From NCBI RefSeq assembly GCF_020885515.1, contig NZ_AP024987.1, forward strand, positions 1,140,001-1,172,000: DNA of 32,000 nucleotides, in the 5' to 3' direction. The first letter of the stretch is position 1. Every line of letters begins with the position of its first letter. Shown in pieces: positions 30,674 through 32,000 of this stretch. A program made the translations under genes and the position numbers. Source of the DNA: a cyanobacterium endosymbiont of Braarudosphaera bigelowii. GTDB taxonomy: Bacteria; Cyanobacteriota; Cyanobacteriia; Cyanobacteriales; Microcystaceae. The notes under the pieces were generated by a model. That model did not search any database and was not told where the DNA came from. It saw only the letters and a list, made by a program, of their open reading frames with translations.

Positions 30674-31249
30674 CTAATAAAATAGAATATGACGCAAAAT
30701 AAAAGCTAAAAAAGCTGTAGCACAGGCTATAATTAATTGTGAAAAGATAGAATCAATAGAATAATTCATCATAAGATTTAATAAATCTGGTGTTGATAAG
30801 GCCAGAGGCTTTAGCATCCAAAAAATAAATAAATAAGTCAGACCAAAAATATGTATAGCTAGCAAACCACTTATTGTACTCATAAGTAAAATTTCTAATT
30901 TGGTTTTATATTTAAAAGATAGCCATCCACATAGCCAAGCTCCAGGAGCAAAGCCCAAAATATAACCGAAAGTAGGGTCTCTAAAGTATTGAAGACCTCC
31001 CCCATTAATAAAAATGGGATATAAAAAAAGTCCTAGTAGTAAATAAGAGATTTGTGATAGGAATCCTGCATTTTTTCCTCCCATGCACCCTGTTAATAAA
31101 ACAGCTCCTATCTGAAGAGTTATACCTAAAGACAGATGACTAACATCTTCTCCTCGAAAATTCCAAGCTATACTTGCTTCAGCAAAAACGCTAAAAATTG
31201 TTAATAATAATCCAATTATAGTCCAAAGTAATTCATTAACAAAAAGCAC
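30674..31249 (-). CDS. bioY: Biotin transporter BioY
   Basis: LGITLQIGAVLLTGCMGGKNAGFLSQISYLLLGLFLYPIFINGGGLQYFRDPTFGYILGFAPGAWLCGWL is BioY-like. Five nt upstream of lspA on the same strand. Confidence 0.88.
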   Translation of the reverse strand: MLFVNELLWTIIGLLLTIFSVFAEASIAWNFRGEDVSHLSLGITLQIGAVLLTGCMGGKNAGFLSQISYLLLGLFLYPIFINGGGLQYFRDPTFGYILGFAPGAWLCGWLSFKYKTKLEILLMSTISGLLAIHIFGLTYLFIFWMLKPLALSTPDLLNLMMNYSIDSIFSQLIIACATAFLAFILRHILFY

Positions 31250-31525
31250 AATTAATAAATAGTATTTATATATCTTAATAATTTTATATCTTTATGTATA
31301 GGGTTCACAAATAGTTGGAGACTATCCACCACAACTTATCTCTAAATCAATTTTAGTATAATTATTTATAACAGTAGTAAAAGTACCTTCTTATAAGATT
31401 ATGATATCTTTTTTGTTCGAAATATTGACGATTCTAGCCATTGCTTGGAGTTTTTAAACTTTTGACATAGTTAGTATAGTAATACGGTAAAATGTAATAG
31501 TTATCTATTCTTAATCATAGATTCA

Positions 31526-32000
31526 ATGACAATTGAGCGACAAAAACTGGATCATTCTTTATTAAATATTCATCATTTAGGAGATAAAGATTTACGTAAG
31601 TCTGCAAAACGAATTTCCAAAATTGATGATTCTATTCGTCAACTAGCTAGAGATATGCTACAAACTATGTATAACTCTAATGGTATTGGTTTAGCTTCCA
31701 CTCAAATTGGTATTCATAAGCAATTAATTGTTATTAATTGTGAACCTGAAACCTCTACCAATACCCCTTTAATTTTAATTAATCCTAAAATTAATTATTA
31801 CTCTCAAGAATCATGTGTTATGGAAGAAGGCTGCTTGAGCATTCCTGGTGTATATCTTGATGTAACTCGTCCTGAAATGATTCAAGTTTCTTTTAAAGAT
31901 GAATATGGAAAACCTTGTCAAATAGAAGCTAGTGATCTATTGGCAAGAGTAATTCAACATGAGATTGACCATCTTAATGGTGTCATGTTTGTTGATAGAG
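31526..32000 (+). CDS. def: Peptide deformylase, truncated by window end
   Basis: Not in the ORF track. Translation MTIERQKLDHSLLLNIHHLGDKDLRKSAKRISKID... contains NGIGLASTQIG, EEGCLSIPG, QHEIDHLNGVMF. Confidence 0.93.
   Translation, partial: MTIERQKLDHSLLNIHHLGDKDLRKSAKRISKIDDSIRQLARDMLQTMYNSNGIGLASTQIGIHKQLIVINCEPETSTNTPLILINPKINYYSQESCVMEEGCLSIPGVYLDVTRPEMIQVSFKDEYGKPCQIEASDLLARVIQHEIDHLNGVMFVDR

Noticed and set aside
31460-31500. Candidate def promoter TTGACA...TAAAAT
   Set aside because: The spacer is about 20 nt, outside the usual 16-18 nt range, so the call is not supportable.

Overview
This AT-rich cyanobacterial window is dominated by conserved core genes, with almost no accessory content. 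Gene content and order suggest a Crocosphaera/Cyanothece-type lineage with a reduced, AT-rich genome, possibly UCYN-A/Candidatus Atelocyanobacterium; that taxon call is inference, not a database result. Recognisable genes are ycf34, cca, rimI, pdhB, secD, secF, tsaD, hemH (with C-terminal HLIP/CAB-like tail), ubiA-like, recG, thiO, thiG, ispG, psaK, a UvrD/Rep-family helicase, a folate/biopterin transporter, eno, a UbiH/COQ6-like monooxygenase, a fused B12-binding radical SAM/DUF2344 protein, a STAS-domain protein, an RDD protein, lspA, bioY and a 3'-truncated def. Two tRNA-Ser genes (GGA and GCU) lack encoded CCA. I found no CRISPR array, mobile element, prophage, defence locus or convincing novel system. 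The most notable unexplained structure is non-coding: long perfect inverted repeats, especially a cluster between psaK and the helicase gene with two overlapping palindromes that share an arm, plus a 41-bp tandem repeat near eno and an 18-bp tandem repeat upstream of pdhB.
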